Shown here: in pieces, positions 34,401 through 52,262 of the stretch
How the letters are laid out: each line of letters begins with the position of its first letter
Numbering within the stretch: the stretch's first letter is position 1
Source: Balanoglossus misakiensis
Taxonomy: Eukaryota; Animalia; Hemichordata
Direction of reading: 5' to 3'
Length of the DNA: 64,000 bases
NCBI GenBank assembly: GCA_040954595.2
Contig: CM082583.2
Span: forward strand, 11,235,656 to 11,299,655
The notes under the pieces: model-generated
Told to the model about the DNA's origin: nothing
Database searches by the model: none
What the model saw: the letters and a program-made list of their open reading frames with translations, nothing else
Program-made: the position numbers and the translations under genes

Positions 34401-37400
34401 GTGTGTTGCGCACAACAACGTTTCCGCTTGAAATCAACAACACCTTTTGATCACTAATATCAAACATGTGAAAATATGTATTTTTATTAAACAACAATTT
34501 ACGTACAAGTCGTGTATATTTTGACCCCCAAAATTCTAACGAATGACACCGGCTGAAATCATGGGATTGCCCTTGGGTGAATGTAATCGCCTGCGTCCAC
34601 AGAAACCAAACACTGCGAAGTCAGGTTTGAGCTTGTCATACGTCATCATATTAAAGATATATTAGGTTGCTATATAGCAACGCATAACAACATCATTTGT
34701 TTATTTGCGTAGGTCAAGGTTTGGACCTGATGAAAACAGTTTGTGGTGCACTTGACAAAAGTCACTGGGAGAAAATTGGCAAGGAGGCATATTGGAATAC
34801 AGACTGGGCGTTTTCTTTCCTTCAGGGGTTGACGATATTGCAGTTTAATATCATGGTTTTCTTTGCGCGTTTTATTTGAGCAGTTGATCAGAGGTGTAGA
34901 TAAGGGGTTAGAGCTGGTAGCCGACGACAGAAACAATAAGCTAGCTACTCTTGCATTCACACTCCCTCCCGACTTCGTCCCAACTCCATCATTTCTCGCT
35001 TCCTCGATTTTCAGAGATTGTTTATTCGATTTACCTTTCCAAAAGTCGGCAAGTATTCTAGGGTACATTAGAATGTCGGCAAAATAGACCCAGTCGCAAA
35101 ATGTTTGCGTGTACTCGAGCTCAACTTATTGATCTATCTATATTCAGGAATGAAACATCAAGACAGCGCTCAGTAGCCAAGTAGTTCAAGTTGCTGTCAA
35201 TAAAGCCTATGTGTGGGATGGTTACCACATCCAATATTTCAGGCCAATTGATCTGTTATTTGTACATGCTGAAGATGCATAGCTGGACAATCTTCACTTT
35301 GTTTGGAGTCCAAGTTGATTGTTGCTTCTACAGGCCTGAGTAACTATGTACCGTTGCCAACGTGTAAATCAATACAGCTTTGGCGCAGCTTAGGCCTACT
35401 GGCCCAGGCCGAAGCGTACAAATACAAACATGGCCAGTCTCCACGATTTTTGCTGTAATGCTGATGAGCCTAACCGTACCATTGCAGAACAACCTGATAG
35501 ACACCTGTTGCCATTCAAAATATATCCAACAAGTATGATAAACATTATCTTATAAATCTGTACAATACTTCACACTAGTTCTATTTAGGCCTAGGCACCT
35601 AATTTTCTACTTCTCTGTACTACATGTTGAAACCTATTTTGAATCATTAATCGCCCCAGGGCGTTGGCCGCAATAGGTTTTGCATCAGTAGCCTCTCAAC
35701 AACTGTTCAGTATTATGTCACGGTGCTCAAACAACCTATGACGTGAAGTCGGAACAGGACAAACACTTTGTTTTTTTACAAAATCGACGAAAATGCAATC
35801 TTGAACTGTCAAAAAAAACTTTCCCATGCTGCTATCTACAAAATCACCCTGAATTATTGGCTCAAAGTTGCGACCGCGTGCATTGATTGACGGAAGAGGG
35901 TGCCGAAGGATTGAAGCGCAACTTAGAATAGGCTTTCTATCGACTATTTCCGTTGGCCCTCGCATCTTCTAAGTCTATGGCCCCCAGATATAATCTTGTG
36001 AATTATCGTATGCGAAAGTTGTATAGAAATGGTCTGAAGAGGGCGCTATTCAAATGGCCATAATTGAATCCTCCTAAAAAAAGACGAAATATTGGCAATA
36101 TATTAAAACGAAAAAGGTTTTCAAAATATAAGAGAAAACAGAAAAGAGGAAAAAATACCGAAACACCAACAGATAAGTTAATCTTCTTTTTTATTTTGAC
36201 TTTTCGTTTTAATCACGTCTGTTCTCAAGAAAGAATTCATGTTTCATATACTTCATAGGTTTACTCATATTTATATATACACTCAGATACTCTTCTGGTG
36301 TCTGAATTTCCCACCCCCAAAACTCTGTCAGCCAGGAGGCAAAAATATTACCAGCTGAGTTAGAGATAAAAAGAAGCTTCACTGAGGAAGCCTACACAAT
36401 ACATGTATTAACAATTCAACGGTCAAAGTTCATATAACACGACAGATCCAGTGGGTCAAAGGGCTATATTAAGAGATACAGTACAGGTGACAAAAACTTA
36501 CATAATTTTGCACTGAAATACATTTGTGAGTTCTAAAATTCCAAATGCTAAAACACGCTTTCTCTTCTAGAAAAATTGATAAATACACTTCAGATATATT
36601 GCATCACTGGAAAAGTTTTCCACCCCTTGTCACTATCCTTTACTGAAAAATGAGATGGATATATTTTTTTAAACTTTTGAAGGTTTGTCTACAGAAGCTC
36701 TGAGCTAAACTGAACCACAGATCAATTTTATGACCACCACAAATATGAAAGGGGAATTTTAAAACAATGAGTGTACTGATTCACATTAACAACATTCTAT
36801 GTTTTTTTCAGCCCGAATGCAAGGTATGGTAATTTCCAGCTACCAGCATGAACATAGTGTAAATTATCAAACTTGATATAAATAAAGCCACCTGTAGTTA
36901 TGCAAATCAACATTAGATTTGCATGTCAAAAGCCTTTATAAATACATGTTTTCACTCATATGAAAAAATGAGTGAAAACATGTATGATTCTTTTTATTAT
37001 GTGAGATGAAATTATATTAGTTTTATGAATGGTAAAAGGCTTGCATTGAAAGAACAAAATGACTCTTTCGGTGCTGGACTTGATGTTTTCAACAGCACAC
37101 ATTGGATATTGACCAATTTACTTAAGTTACTAAATGCACCATCTTGGAATGTTCAACACACCAGCTTTGATATGGAGATGATTTTTAGTCTGCTCTGTGT
37201 ACAGATGATGCAAGAGGTTGACACGCTCATGGACAGGAGAGACAGCAAAGACTACCAGCTCTCATGCTGCCACGTCACGTGGTTATTTACATCCCATTGT
37301 AAGCTTTTTATAGAAGCATGTATGTTCAGCTCATGCTCTTAGCTCAGGCACAGAATCAGATCACAGTTTTTTGCAGAGAAGCAACGCTCTGGCTGGTTCG

Positions 37401-38755
37401 AGTTTATTTTACATTTTCCTCCAATTTTACTGTAGGCAGGGTTTTATGAAAGCTACATGCAACATGAAAATCACCCACCCACCCATGCAAGGAAGCTTTC
37501 AAAATACAATTCATACAAATCAACAATAAAGAAGGTCGGGTAATTTCATTTCACATTTACTTACGCATGAAATACACCCTGTCTTTGGCACATGATAAAA
37601 ATGCGACTTTGTCCCCCATGTTTTAACCAAAAATGCCCTATCCCTTAAAGCCCTAAGCTCCATCCCCAAGGTAAAATTGTAAGCACATCATTGTAACTAC
37701 AATTCCATTATACACCTCAGCCCTGACACAAAATCTCAAGACGAAGCAAATCCATTGAGTACGAGAGGATGACATATATATCAAGTTCTTCTTCTGCAAG
37801 GTTAGAATATTACACGGAATATGATTTAGGTTACTCATGATTTGTACATTTCCAAGTGTTACAAGTATCTTCAATAAAATATGGAACTGACAAAAATTAC
37901 ACAGACATTTAACAGGAGCAAATATAACAGATAGAGTTCTTACAGCCCAATCCACCAATGCTTACTGATTCAGGAATAGACTGTGTCTATAACAGAAAAT
38001 GAGGTAAGTGGGTCTACTTGTTTTCAGTGATCATAACCCAGCCCCACATTAAAAGTTAAAATATTGCAGATTTGGTTTCCATTTATTCTGGCAGTTGTCA
38101 GAGGCAGAAGAACCTTCTAAAGACTGGGTGTGTTTCAAGATGATAATGATAAAGTCAAAAGTTTATTCTATCAGAATGTGATGCATGCATTTACAAATAT
38201 TCAGTGCCATGATACACCTATCTGTCGAGTGTCGATCCAACCCTCCCAGTCACTGTATCCCTAAAGGTTGGCACAATCCAAAGAACACTCTATTTTATAA
38301 TTATTTAAGACAATCGCAAAATATATTTGTGTTGACCATTGGATACTTGACAGTAAAAGAACCCAAAGCATGGCCTTTAAAAGTTATAGTTTATCTTACA
38401 TAATTTATATAGAGGTGTATTTTATTAAAAACCATATAAGTTGATCACTGTATTTCTCTTAGTGAAAATCTTGCAGTGTAATTTTTTTTTTAAATAGCAC
38501 CGGTAATTTCCCAGGGGGTGCCTGTCCTGATACTGCAACTGGACACAAATCCACACAAGTTGGGCACCAGACATTCTGCAAACGCATGCATGTACACTCG
38601 GATTTCAAAAGACATATCTTGATTGGGCCAGTTTGACACCAGAACCCCTGGAAAACACTATCTTTCAAATGTGATGGTAGAGATTTCTTCACAGAAGAAA
38701 TCGGTCACGTTTTTCTGAAGGAGTACGAGGAACAGAGAGCCTCCTCTGGTTTCCT

Positions 38756-40895
38756 TCACGGTTGGATGGCACCGGTGACTTTATCTTTGAACACCCAATA
38801 GAAAAGCGGCGTGAGCACTCCCACTACGAACATAATAATCACCATGGTCCACCATTTTAATCCGCAATTAGCACCATCTAATTTATGTTTCGGGGGCGAA
38901 AGCGGCTGGATATACCTCGCCGACAGAATCGACGTCACCTCAGACAGCGAACCTTTCTCAGTCCTGGTCGATTTACGTATCTTTTCCAAGTCTTTGTCCA
39001 TGTTGTGTAAAAACTCCCTGGCCTCACTGTTCTCTTGGAGAGAGTCACGTATACTGATCGTCCTGACTTCAAACACGGTATCCTCGTCGTCCTCATCCAC
39101 GTACGTAGAGGGCGCTGCAACAGGCGCTTCAGCATTCGGTCTCCTCCTCTCCTCTTCTTCGATTTCTGTAAGTAGACCATACCTTTTCACTGGTACTTTG
39201 ATTGATTTCAACCTGTGAAAGTCCTGTTCCGTTATCAAGCTGTTGATTCGCTTCAGTTCTGCTACCTGTTGATAAAATAAATGAATAAATAAATAAATAA
39301 ACTATAAGCAAAATAACAATCGCAGAAGAGCCCTGAAATCAACGCCTGCTGTTTTATAATAATATTTTGCAAACACAGACATAATATGATCCACCACATA
39401 AACCACTACCATGGTAGCCATGGCGACAATTACGTAGTGACAGTGTCGATTCCAAATCATGAGCATGAGTGTTGAGCAATTCTGTGACAAGTGTTGATCA
39501 CAGCAAGCTTTGCCCCAATTGTCACAATGTAAAAATAGAACAGGAGGAAAATGTGTGGCAAAATCATTTGGATCATATTAAAATGACTTGACCAAACATG
39601 AGATATACGCCATACCACCAAAAGCTCAGGTGATATTTATATCACAATCCTTATCATATGGAGAACCATATGATAAAACAAGTTGAAAATTAATGGTCAG
39701 AGCTGATCTTTCTCCCTGTGTGTGTACTTTTCCTTGAGGACTTTGCCCTTCTGCAACCTTTGACCCTACAAAAAAAGATTAGGAACAAACAACCCAGGTC
39801 CATTTCTTATACACAAAATGATTTATATAATCATAGCTCCCCCACAAAATTATGTAATACATCAGTACCCCTCTCATCCCTCAAAAACTACACTTTAATT
39901 TTATTATAGCAACTTCTTACACTAATAAACACTGTCAACTTTATTTCAAAATATTTGGTTAATCATAGACAGTAGATAGAAGTGAGATTGTCTATGGTTG
40001 AATCAGTTCTTGTATGCACTGCTACGGAATTTATACCACATTCGACATTTTTTTTAAATCAATCGGTGTCAACAAAATGCGTAGCAGCTGGTGAGTGCAA
40101 TAACAAGTTATTTCAGATTGAACTCTTCATTGACGTCACGTACGTGCACACAATCGGCAACCGGGAGCTGACCTAACCATGTACCATATTGGCTGACACT
40201 GTGTGATGACAAACCGGCGTATGCAAATAGCCTCTGTGTCAACGTCACCACTTTCTGCACCCGTCAGATGTACAACTGGTTTACGTGACATTTATCATAA
40301 TATCAAATGACAGTTATTTTCCTTCAACTGATAAACGTACATGGGTATAATTTATTAAACGATACCTGAACAATTTTGTACTGACAAATCTGAAGATTGC
40401 GATGAGTCTGCTCATTCAGAAAAGTGTTGTAAGTCGACTCTGACGGTTTCATGGAGTCTGACAACTTGATCGATTCGGCGACTAGTAGAAGACGATCTGT
40501 CGATCGCTCGGCAGGCCTAATTAAAATCATTCCACGTAAAGTATACGTACAATTATGACTAGTTAGTACTACACCCTTACCGGTACTCCGTATTGTAGAG
40601 CGAATCCCTGCAACGTGTCTCCGTTGACGACAGTTCTTTCGATGTACAGCGGTTTTTGTTCCTCCTCCTGCAGAGCTTGGGTCCTCTTACGTCGCAAGTC
40701 CTTGCCCCTTGGTCGGATCTCGGACATCTCAACAGACTTGTCCACGGTCTCGTCTTCTTCAACATCGGCATCTCCGAATATATACACCCGTGCATTTTGA
40801 ACGTTCTGAATCTGTCCTGAGCTTGGTAAATAGTTGTTCCTATCTCGGTGACTTTGTCGGCCATGGCCATATTGGACGGCGACACTGCCACTCAT
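38756..40895 (-). CDS. LYSMD3: LysM and putative peptidoglycan-binding domain-containing protein 3/4
   Basis: Two exons, 40581-40895 and 38756-39265. LysM domain GDTLQGFALQYGVP|VAELKRINSLITEQDF...KVP, acidic linker, FL..MDKDL, GANCGLKWW and a C-terminal TM helix. Confidence 0.92.
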
Positions 40896-41354
40896 ACTAC
40901 GCTCTCACACACAAAGTAAAGCGGTTTCTTGAAGTGGGCCGACAATCTCACATTTGTCAAGACATTTGAGGACAACTTGGTGATGAAAACTCGACGGTTA
41001 CTTTGAAAGAAGCAAGATTATAAGACGATCAAGTCAAGACAGTTTTACCTCGAACTTCTACGGTGAATATGCATGAGAGGTTAGCTAGCTCTGAGCCAGC
41101 TTCCGGTTATTCATACGCATGCGTCCATCAACTTGAGTTACGAATCCCACTCGGTTGTTTGAGGGCGTACAGCTATTAGGTACTTGTCACGTAAATCAGA
41201 GGAAGTAGGCTAGTCTAATGTATACCCAACCACACAGTTCAAAGACAGCTGATGTAGAATTTTAGTTTATTGAATTTATACAATCTTGTATATATTTATA
41301 TATCTCATGGTCTGTTACATGTGTGGATAAAATAATTAATATAGCAAATATGAG

Positions 41355-41458
41355 CGCTCTCTCCCTCCCTCCCTCCCTCCCTCCCTCCCTCCCCTACTTC
41401 ATCCTCTCTCATACGAGCGCCCCCCCCTCTCTCTCTCCCTCTCTCTCACACACACACC
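41355..41458. repeat. Compound (CT)n/(CCCT)n/(CA)n microsatellite in the ALP copy A 3' UTR
   Basis: ctctctccctccct..., ctctctctc and cacacaca lie just past the stop codon. Confidence 0.8.
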
Positions 41459-41460
41459 AT

Positions 41461-44521
<3,061 letters not shown>

Positions 44522-45047
44522 CTGAAATCATAAAATATGATCATTTTAATAGTGCGAAAGTGGTCGATAAACAATTGTATGCACAATCGATTGCTTTCCC
44601 GCAGGAAGAATAGAATGTCATTTTAAGTGATCGATCTTAAAACCAGATACAGCGTTTTAACAGAACACAACAACGCTCAGGAATAAATTGATAAACGCCA
44701 TCTGTTCCGCCATTCTGGACTGAATGTCCCTTTGTGAGTTTCTACACGTAGTTTCAATTTGAGCAATTTTTATCCGCATATACCCGCATGTAAATATTTC
44801 AATTTAGAGGCACGTGCTGTTATATTTAAATCTGCAGATGTTCCTAGGGATAGAATTAAAATATAACGTATCGTACTTCACAAGGCAACTTCTGTTGTTG
44901 GATTTTAGAGAAAACTGAGAGATATCTTGAGATCTTGGATAAACGTAGTACCTAAACCCATTCCAGTAAAAGGCAGTAATGTCATAATTATGCGCCATGG
45001 CAACTATTTTCAACTGACATTTTAAAAAGTCATTCATTTCGCTCTAC

Positions 45048-46754
45048 CTTCTTCATCGAGTATTACATTTGACAGATGGACAACCCTTCGATTCTGTACC
45101 TTTCCTCACGGGATTGGGACAAATTTATTTCAATATTGTGATACGATGACAGCATTTTGAAAATTCTAGCGTTACAAGGCAACGTCTTTTTGTCATCCTT
45201 GGTCGGTCGCAATTTTATGAGTAAACATTTCATGATTTACTACATCGCTAAATCGAGAGTCAACGAAGTGTCTGCCCTTCGGAGTATAAACGTCGCGACC
45301 CCGATTGTCCACTACCGGCGCTGCCGCTCACTGTTGGCGACGTGACGTGAATTTTTCGTGCCCGTGTCCGTCAGATCGTGTTCGGCGATACTCGGTGCCG
45401 CGGATCCGAGCCGCACAAAAGGGTCTTAATTGCACATGACAATTCAGTGGCGACACCTATGCCTTTCTAAATATAGAGTGGGAGGTCCATAATGAAGAGT
45501 TATGAAACCAGCAGATTCCGCGGCACATCCGTAATAGCCCATCGACGCTCATGATAATGCGATGCGGCATATGACTTCCATCGGCCCCTCTCGCGCAAAA
45601 GCCAGATCGCGTACCAAACCCCGTGACTTGGACTATATACGGGTACTTCATATAAATTACATGACTGTAATTTATATGAAGGTTATCGCTAAGTAACACT
45701 TGGAACTCTGCCATGCGTTGCAAATATCCAATTTAAGTTGTTACATGGGAACCGAATGTCCAGTTTCGTAATAGCGTCCCCCAGACATACTTATTACTCT
45801 CAATTAGCATGATTAGTGGCGGTGACGAAGAGCTTGATGAAAATGAGCCCCATTCTCCTCCTTCCAGCGTGGTTGCCCGTTCTGGCGGTCCAAGGTTTAA
45901 TAGATTAAATGGGACCCAAATAACAGATCGATCTCTGAAAAGACTCTAGTGGCGAGAACGAGATAAAATCGCGATAAGGGGGGAGTAAAGTGGTTTCGAG
46001 CAGTGAAGAATCGCCGGGCGCAAGGGCGCTTTGGCGTAAATAAGGTTCCACTGTGAGCGGAGTTTTCACGGTCTACTTCTGTTTCCAAAATGCCGTTTCA
46101 CATAGGTCGAATCTCGGAGCTTTTGTCTTACACCTAGGTGCAAAATAAACGCCAGACATGTCAGAAAAGATACTCTGCGTCGCTTTCTGTTTTCACCAAT
46201 TAATAAGATTGGGTGGCCTAGAAATATGACGGCTAATTCCAATTCATGATTCACTTGGAACTACGATTTTGATCGAAACTTGGATTTGGGTCATATAAAG
46301 CGCCATGTTCTCTCGTGGGATGGGAAGCGTATGTTTACGTTTTAGACGTGCCATACATGGATGTGGGTGCCATGCCAAGAATGTCAGAGTGACACATGAA
46401 TTGGTCGGCCCGGCGTGTGCGAACAATATCATTCTCTCCTAAAAGGTGAAACGCTGCCACCGTACTTTAACCGGTGTTCATATACCGTATCCCCCTGCCG
46501 GGCTATTCAGCGCTTGAAGCAAACAAACAAGCCCGTCAAAATATCTCAGCGGGTCGGAGTTCAGCCAATGTTATCGAGAGACGCTCGGTTGTTGTTTTGA
46601 ACATTTATGCTGTAGACCCAGCCACTTACCGTTAGCCCAAAAGACCTCACCAACGCGAAAATTGAAACCGCAACTATTAAAACTTGAATTAAAAGTTAAC
46701 GCGCAAACAATTTATGGTGGTATATCGTTTACAGTTGCAGCATGCGCACCGCAT
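45048..46754 (-). CDS. Candidate 5' exons of alkaline phosphatase copy A (46630-46754 and 45048-45093); needs a 1-nt insertion in a T4 run
   Basis: Signal-like LIQVLIVAVSIFALVRSFGLT ends at a strong ACG|GTAAGT donor in phase 0. A 46-nt exon (NRRVVHLSNVILDEE) then restores phase 1 for the next exon. The ATG at 46754 is one base out of frame and the mini-exon acceptor is weak. Confidence 0.4.
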
Positions 46755-48882
46755 TTAAAATTAATGATGGCGAGGCGAGTATTTTTGCTAGTGAGCCACG
46801 CCAACTGGATAGTGTGTGCGGTCGTGTGGTAGGGCCTACTTACGTTGAGATAGCAAGTCTGGAAATCCCAGGAGGAGCAAGTACAGGCATAACGATTTGT
46901 TCATTTTCCGGCCAACGTTTGGGGTTTGTGAACAAGCCAAGCCAAACAGTCATGCGTCGTTTTACGTTCTGTCCATGATTGAGCCGAGGTTGGGACGAGC
47001 GTGTGCCTGTGCCAGTTTACGTTGTAATTGCCATTATGGTGACGGACGCACAGCTACATCACGTTGTCATGGCTGTCAGCTGCTGCTGCTCTTTAAGTCC
47101 GCGACTGCTGTATCGACCTCGGGTTTTTATCCGGCCCGTGATGGCGTGTGTGTAAATTGAGCTTGCATTCAGATCCGGTGTAAGGGAAAAGTGCTTGAAT
47201 GAATATTCATGGGAGGTGTCAGCCTGAGCGCTCAGGGAAGAACGAGTGTGCTGATTGGACCAACCCGGTTGCCTCCTCCAGATGTTGAGATTCTCTTCTT
47301 TCGTCTTTCTGCTCTCGTCTGAGTTGAAACATAAAATGTCAAGAAGAGCGCTCAATGTGTTTCCGACAGAGAACAATGAGCACGTTACTGGTGGCAACCG
47401 TTTCCATCGTAACAGGCAATTTGCCTGTGAGCCATGTTTATTTTTTCCGCGGACCGAACAATGACAGTACAGAGAAAAATCATGGGTAATGATATGTCAA
47501 CGACAGCCAAGTACCGCTTAATGTAAACCCAGTTATTGAAAATTAGTCATCGCACGTTTGCAATTAAATTTTCAATTTCCACCAGGAGGGGACAGTAATC
47601 GATTCAACACGAGGAAAAGCAAATACAATTATGGACAAACCTTCCTCATATTTTCCTGTTTACTTAAAATTTGCCTGCACATTAAAACTCATCGCTGTAG
47701 CAACCATTGGTGGAATAGGCAATTTCCCCCGTTCGCCGTTGGCATGACGTGTAGCAGGCTTCTAAAGGGTTACGTGAGACGAGGCGGCACCCTGCAGAGT
47801 AATTAGCACTGCCCTTTGTTCTGCTAATTGACTGTTCCGATTTATGTACAACAGAGAAAATTATCGCAAGTTAGATAATGTGGAATGTCCTTTGATTTAT
47901 AATTTATCAAGGAATAAACGTTTGACATTGTCGACTTCCTAGTCCGTGAAAAAACAAAAGCGAAAATTAAGACTTAGCTTTAAAAAGGTGGCACTTTTCG
48001 TTGAGCCGTTGTAATCTTACTCTTAGTCTGACGGGCTGGGTCTTTTCGAGTGTTATAAAGTAGGAGAATAATGAAAATACTTGAACAGGATTGTACCGGT
48101 AAAAGCACTTGTACTTATAATATGAGAATACATTAAACGAGGTGATAAGCCCCCCCCCCCCTCCTCCCTCCTCCCTACCGTATATACTTCTTTAAAGGCT
48201 CTAATTTCAGTCTCCGGCCTTTTTTCTTAGTGATTGACGTCAGAAAACACGCCCACTTGAACAGAAAGAAGTGTTTCCGGGTGACGAGGGTCAGGGGGAA
48301 AACGGAGGTAACTACGGTTGTTTTTGGTCATAGATTGCACCACAAGGTCACCACACTCGTGACCTCGCGTTGAAAGATCTTTACAGTAAACGAAAGTGAA
48401 CAATGGTCGATGTTTGGGGAATGTAACTCATGTTCCACAACACATTCTATTCGGTGTCAACTTTCACGAGACCACTTTGTTCAGAATTGAGGTAGCAAGC
48501 CGTGTTACTCCCGGAATTGTTAATTACTGCATATTTCCAGTTTTAATACCACAGTCTCTTGCAAGATTGTGTGGGGGCTATTCTTTTCTCGTCTGTCGTC
48601 AATGAGAATGTTTCAGTGAGCAAAATGAATCTATCAAAAGAAACTAAAATAGTGTTTCAACCATTAGCGATGGTGCCTCAAACGTTATAGTTACATGCCT
48701 ATAAAATTAAAAGTTCATGGGTGACGGCCACTTTGGATTCAAACAATGTCTACGACAACGTCCAAAATTTCTTAAACTCCAAAGAAGGATTATTACTGCT
48801 TGAACATGGTATGACTTAAGCAGCAGACGGTTTCAATGATCGAGAAGTAGCTATAAACTTTCAAAGAAGGAGTAATTGGAAA

Positions 48883-51800
48883 TCAGTTTGCCCTCACATA
48901 ACCAAGTGTCAAGAAGGTCAAGACCATGAAAACGCCGAAGTCACGTGACACACTGGATGCCGCCCCGAGGGCAGGGTCGGTAGTGTCCTCTTGGGGTTCG
49001 GTGGCAGTCGGCAAGCAATGCGGCTCGGCCGAGTTTTGCAGGCAAGCGGCGTAGAGGATCACGTGGGCTATGTAATGCTGTTCGTGAACACCGTGAAACA
49101 GGTGCGCCATCGGGCCATCCGCGAAAATTGCCACGTCTTCGCCACCGTGAGTCTCGGAGGATAACGGTACCACAGATTGTTGAATGTAAGATTCAGCCTC
49201 TGGATAAAGTAAACAAAATTATACATTTAAAATCAGAGGCGACATAACCGATGTAGAAGTCAATTTAGTCTGTTTCGACTCCTGGTATAAATGTTTACCT
49301 GTGTTGACACTGGTAAGGTCAGGCCTGGCTCCCGTTGTTGTATAACTCCTTTGTACCTCCGCACCACCTGGACCGTTTGCATAGAGGATTGATGTGTACG
49401 GTAGCCCATCAGCACCGTTTCCAGAGTCATATTTTCCTTTAAAAAAACACCACAAGAGCAACAAAGATAAGTTGAATTGGACGAAGACTGTGAGACAAAA
49501 TCCTTCGTTTTCCCGGCCAGCAGTTTTTAACGAGGAACACACGATTATTGCTTTCATTTTTGCATACACATACATTACTTTTGTCACTAAATCACTTACC
49601 TAATATTGGATTTCCTCGGCTTGGATATCCGCCCAACGTGTTGGTATGGCTGTGGTCGGCGGTGACAAGAGTCAGCGTGTCTTCTGAACTGGTCATTTCG
49701 AGCGCTTTCCCCAAGGCGTCGTCCATGGCGATGGTGTCAAACAGAGCTCGATGCGCATTGGAAGCATGATGGGCGTGGTCTATTCTACCACCTGGAAATG
49801 TTGACATGACAGACCAAAAGTGGAACAGAATGTTTGATGTTTGCACTTAACGAAAAATAATGTACTCGGTTTTGGAAACCAAATTAAACCATACTTCTAA
49901 CTACTGCAGATTTTGATTTGAGTTGGCCAAAATACGTGTATTTGTTCGTTTATCACGATATCTACGATAGACAATTTCCGCTATTTCACAATCTAACCGC
50001 TTTGCCTGTGAGTCTTTACCTTCGACAAGCAACAGAAACCCGTTCTCATTTTTCTGCAGAATTCTTATCGCCTTTTCGACCATTTCTTCCAAGCTTGGCT
50101 CCCCGGCGGTGTCATTGACTCTGTCAACTTCGTACTTCATGTGGCTATACTCGAATAGTCCTAGTCCAAAGGAATATAGAAACTATTAGTTGCAAATATC
50201 ATGTACGTCATTTTCGGAGTATATATGTAAATTAAAGGTGCTTGTATCCCTTTAATTCCTTATTTGCATACCGAGTAAATACTCCGTGTTGTCCGGATCA
50301 ACGTCGTCGAATTGCTGTTGGTTCCACACGTAAAACGAGGTCTCGTTGTCCGGGTGGAGTGCCAACCACTCGTCAATCAAGTCTCTCCCATCGGTCCGGT
50401 AACCCGCAACGCCGTACTCTGGGTCTGACTTTGTCATCGGTATAAAACTGCGCCGACCTCCGCCCATGACAACCTTCGGAGTAAATCAGAATATTTTAAT
50501 TTCTGGAAACTGTTTTGAACACCCCGTCTCGAGACAAAAAGTATGTAATTCCCAGTCGGTCTAATATTTTCGGTGAATACTAGTACTCATCCGACACCGG
50601 CGCGGCATAATTCAAATGCAATGCATTTATACCAGTGCGTGATCCCAAAACAAGGAGAATGCTACCTTGATATCTTGTCCCAGCTCAATCAGTTGTGAGG
50701 CAATGTCTTTGCAACCGTAGGGGCGCTGGTCGACCGGGATGTCGGCGTTGCTTTCCCAGTTTCTGTTTGGTGAGTGCGCGTAGCCACAGGCTGGTGTAGC
50801 GTGGGTAATTCTCGCTGTGGAAATGATACCAGTCGACTTTCCTGGAAGAAACGACACAGTGAACCAATGGGATAATTAGGATTTTTTTTTTAAATTAATA
50901 ACATTAATATTTCTTTGGGTGTGGTTTAAATGGGTAACACTATGTTACTTGCCTTCATTTTGAGCAATCTTCAAAATTGAGTCGATGGTCGAATTCAACG
51001 CCGACTGGCAGTCGCCATAGAATGCGCCATCATGGACACCAATCACGCCTGCCTTTGTTTTTACTCCACTCAGAAACGCAGTTGCCGTTCCAGCTGAGTC
51101 GGCTACCTGCTGGTCAGTGTTGTAAGTCTGTAACGACAAAATGTTTCCACGGAAACCCGTGATATGAACTTTTCTTAAATTGGTACAAATTAAAAGTCTG
51201 ATAACATTTCACGAATCTAAGAATAATCACAATTCATTCCACCCACAAACTGTGATAAGCCCAATGGGCATTACATAAGAACTTGGAGGCGGTACATCAC
51301 TGGTCCAAGAATGTACCAAATATGTGCTGTGCACGCACCTTAGCAAGCGCGACATGTGGCAACGCATCCATGTTCAACACCGTTTCCTCGCCCGTATTTC
51401 CAGCCACCTGGCCCTTCAGGATACGTGCTGACGTCACGGTGGGCACGCCCATGCCATCTCCCAGGAAGAACACCACGTTCTTGGCGGCGTTCGTATTCAG
51501 CGCCTGCAGTTTGATGGCGTTTTGTAGCGTTTCCTGGGCCTGGCGATTCCACTCCTCCGGAGCTGTACGAAAACAGAAAGAACAGTCACGGAAAAGGAGG
51601 GACGTTTTGGCGCTTGTTGCGTGACCGGCTGCAAATGAGACCGCCGAATGTCCCTACTCGAGTTACGTCACCTGTGGCTACGAACCAACGTCACGAATGT
51701 TTGCACAAAAGTCCAACAAGCGGTACTTTCTCGTCTGCCTGTTTACTCCAGACTTTCGGCCTTAACAGTCAAAGTCTAAACGGCATTTAAATCAAGCGAA

Positions 51801-52262
51801 CAGACAAAAAGGACGGGCAGCCCCTTTCGCGCATTGTTTTTCCTCTGAAAGCACCGCCCAATCTTACTTCTTCTTCCCCTTCAACTTGCATAAGTATTTG
51901 CACATCGGTTTTATGATACAATTTTTGTTTTACGTGTATCAACATGTAGACACACAACTTGTGGCGAGAACAGTAAATGTGGGATAATCTTTTTTCTCCA
52001 GAAAAATCTTCAAAAATCATGGAAAGCAATTGTGACGGTCGCCGTGGCTTCGAAAACAGAATCTCCAATTTGTTTTGCCTCTTGAGCTCGTTGGATAACG
52101 ACCCGGAATGGCGTCTCAAATAAAAGGAACGGCGGGATCTCGGTGCGTGTAATCTGTAATATTTAGTACATTATTACTATTTTGTAGAAGTATTGTCAAG
52201 AAGCACTAACCTTGCCCTAAACTGCTGCAGATGAAAGAGACGAGGAGGACAATACGATGCAT
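48883..52262 (-). CDS. ALPL: Alkaline phosphatase, copy B (GPI-anchored type)
   Basis: Signal exon 52211-52262 ([17 protein letters not shown], phase 1), [32 protein letters not shown]|[15 protein letters not shown] and ETHGGEDV. C-terminal GPI-type signal. Intron positions match copy A. Confidence 0.96.
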
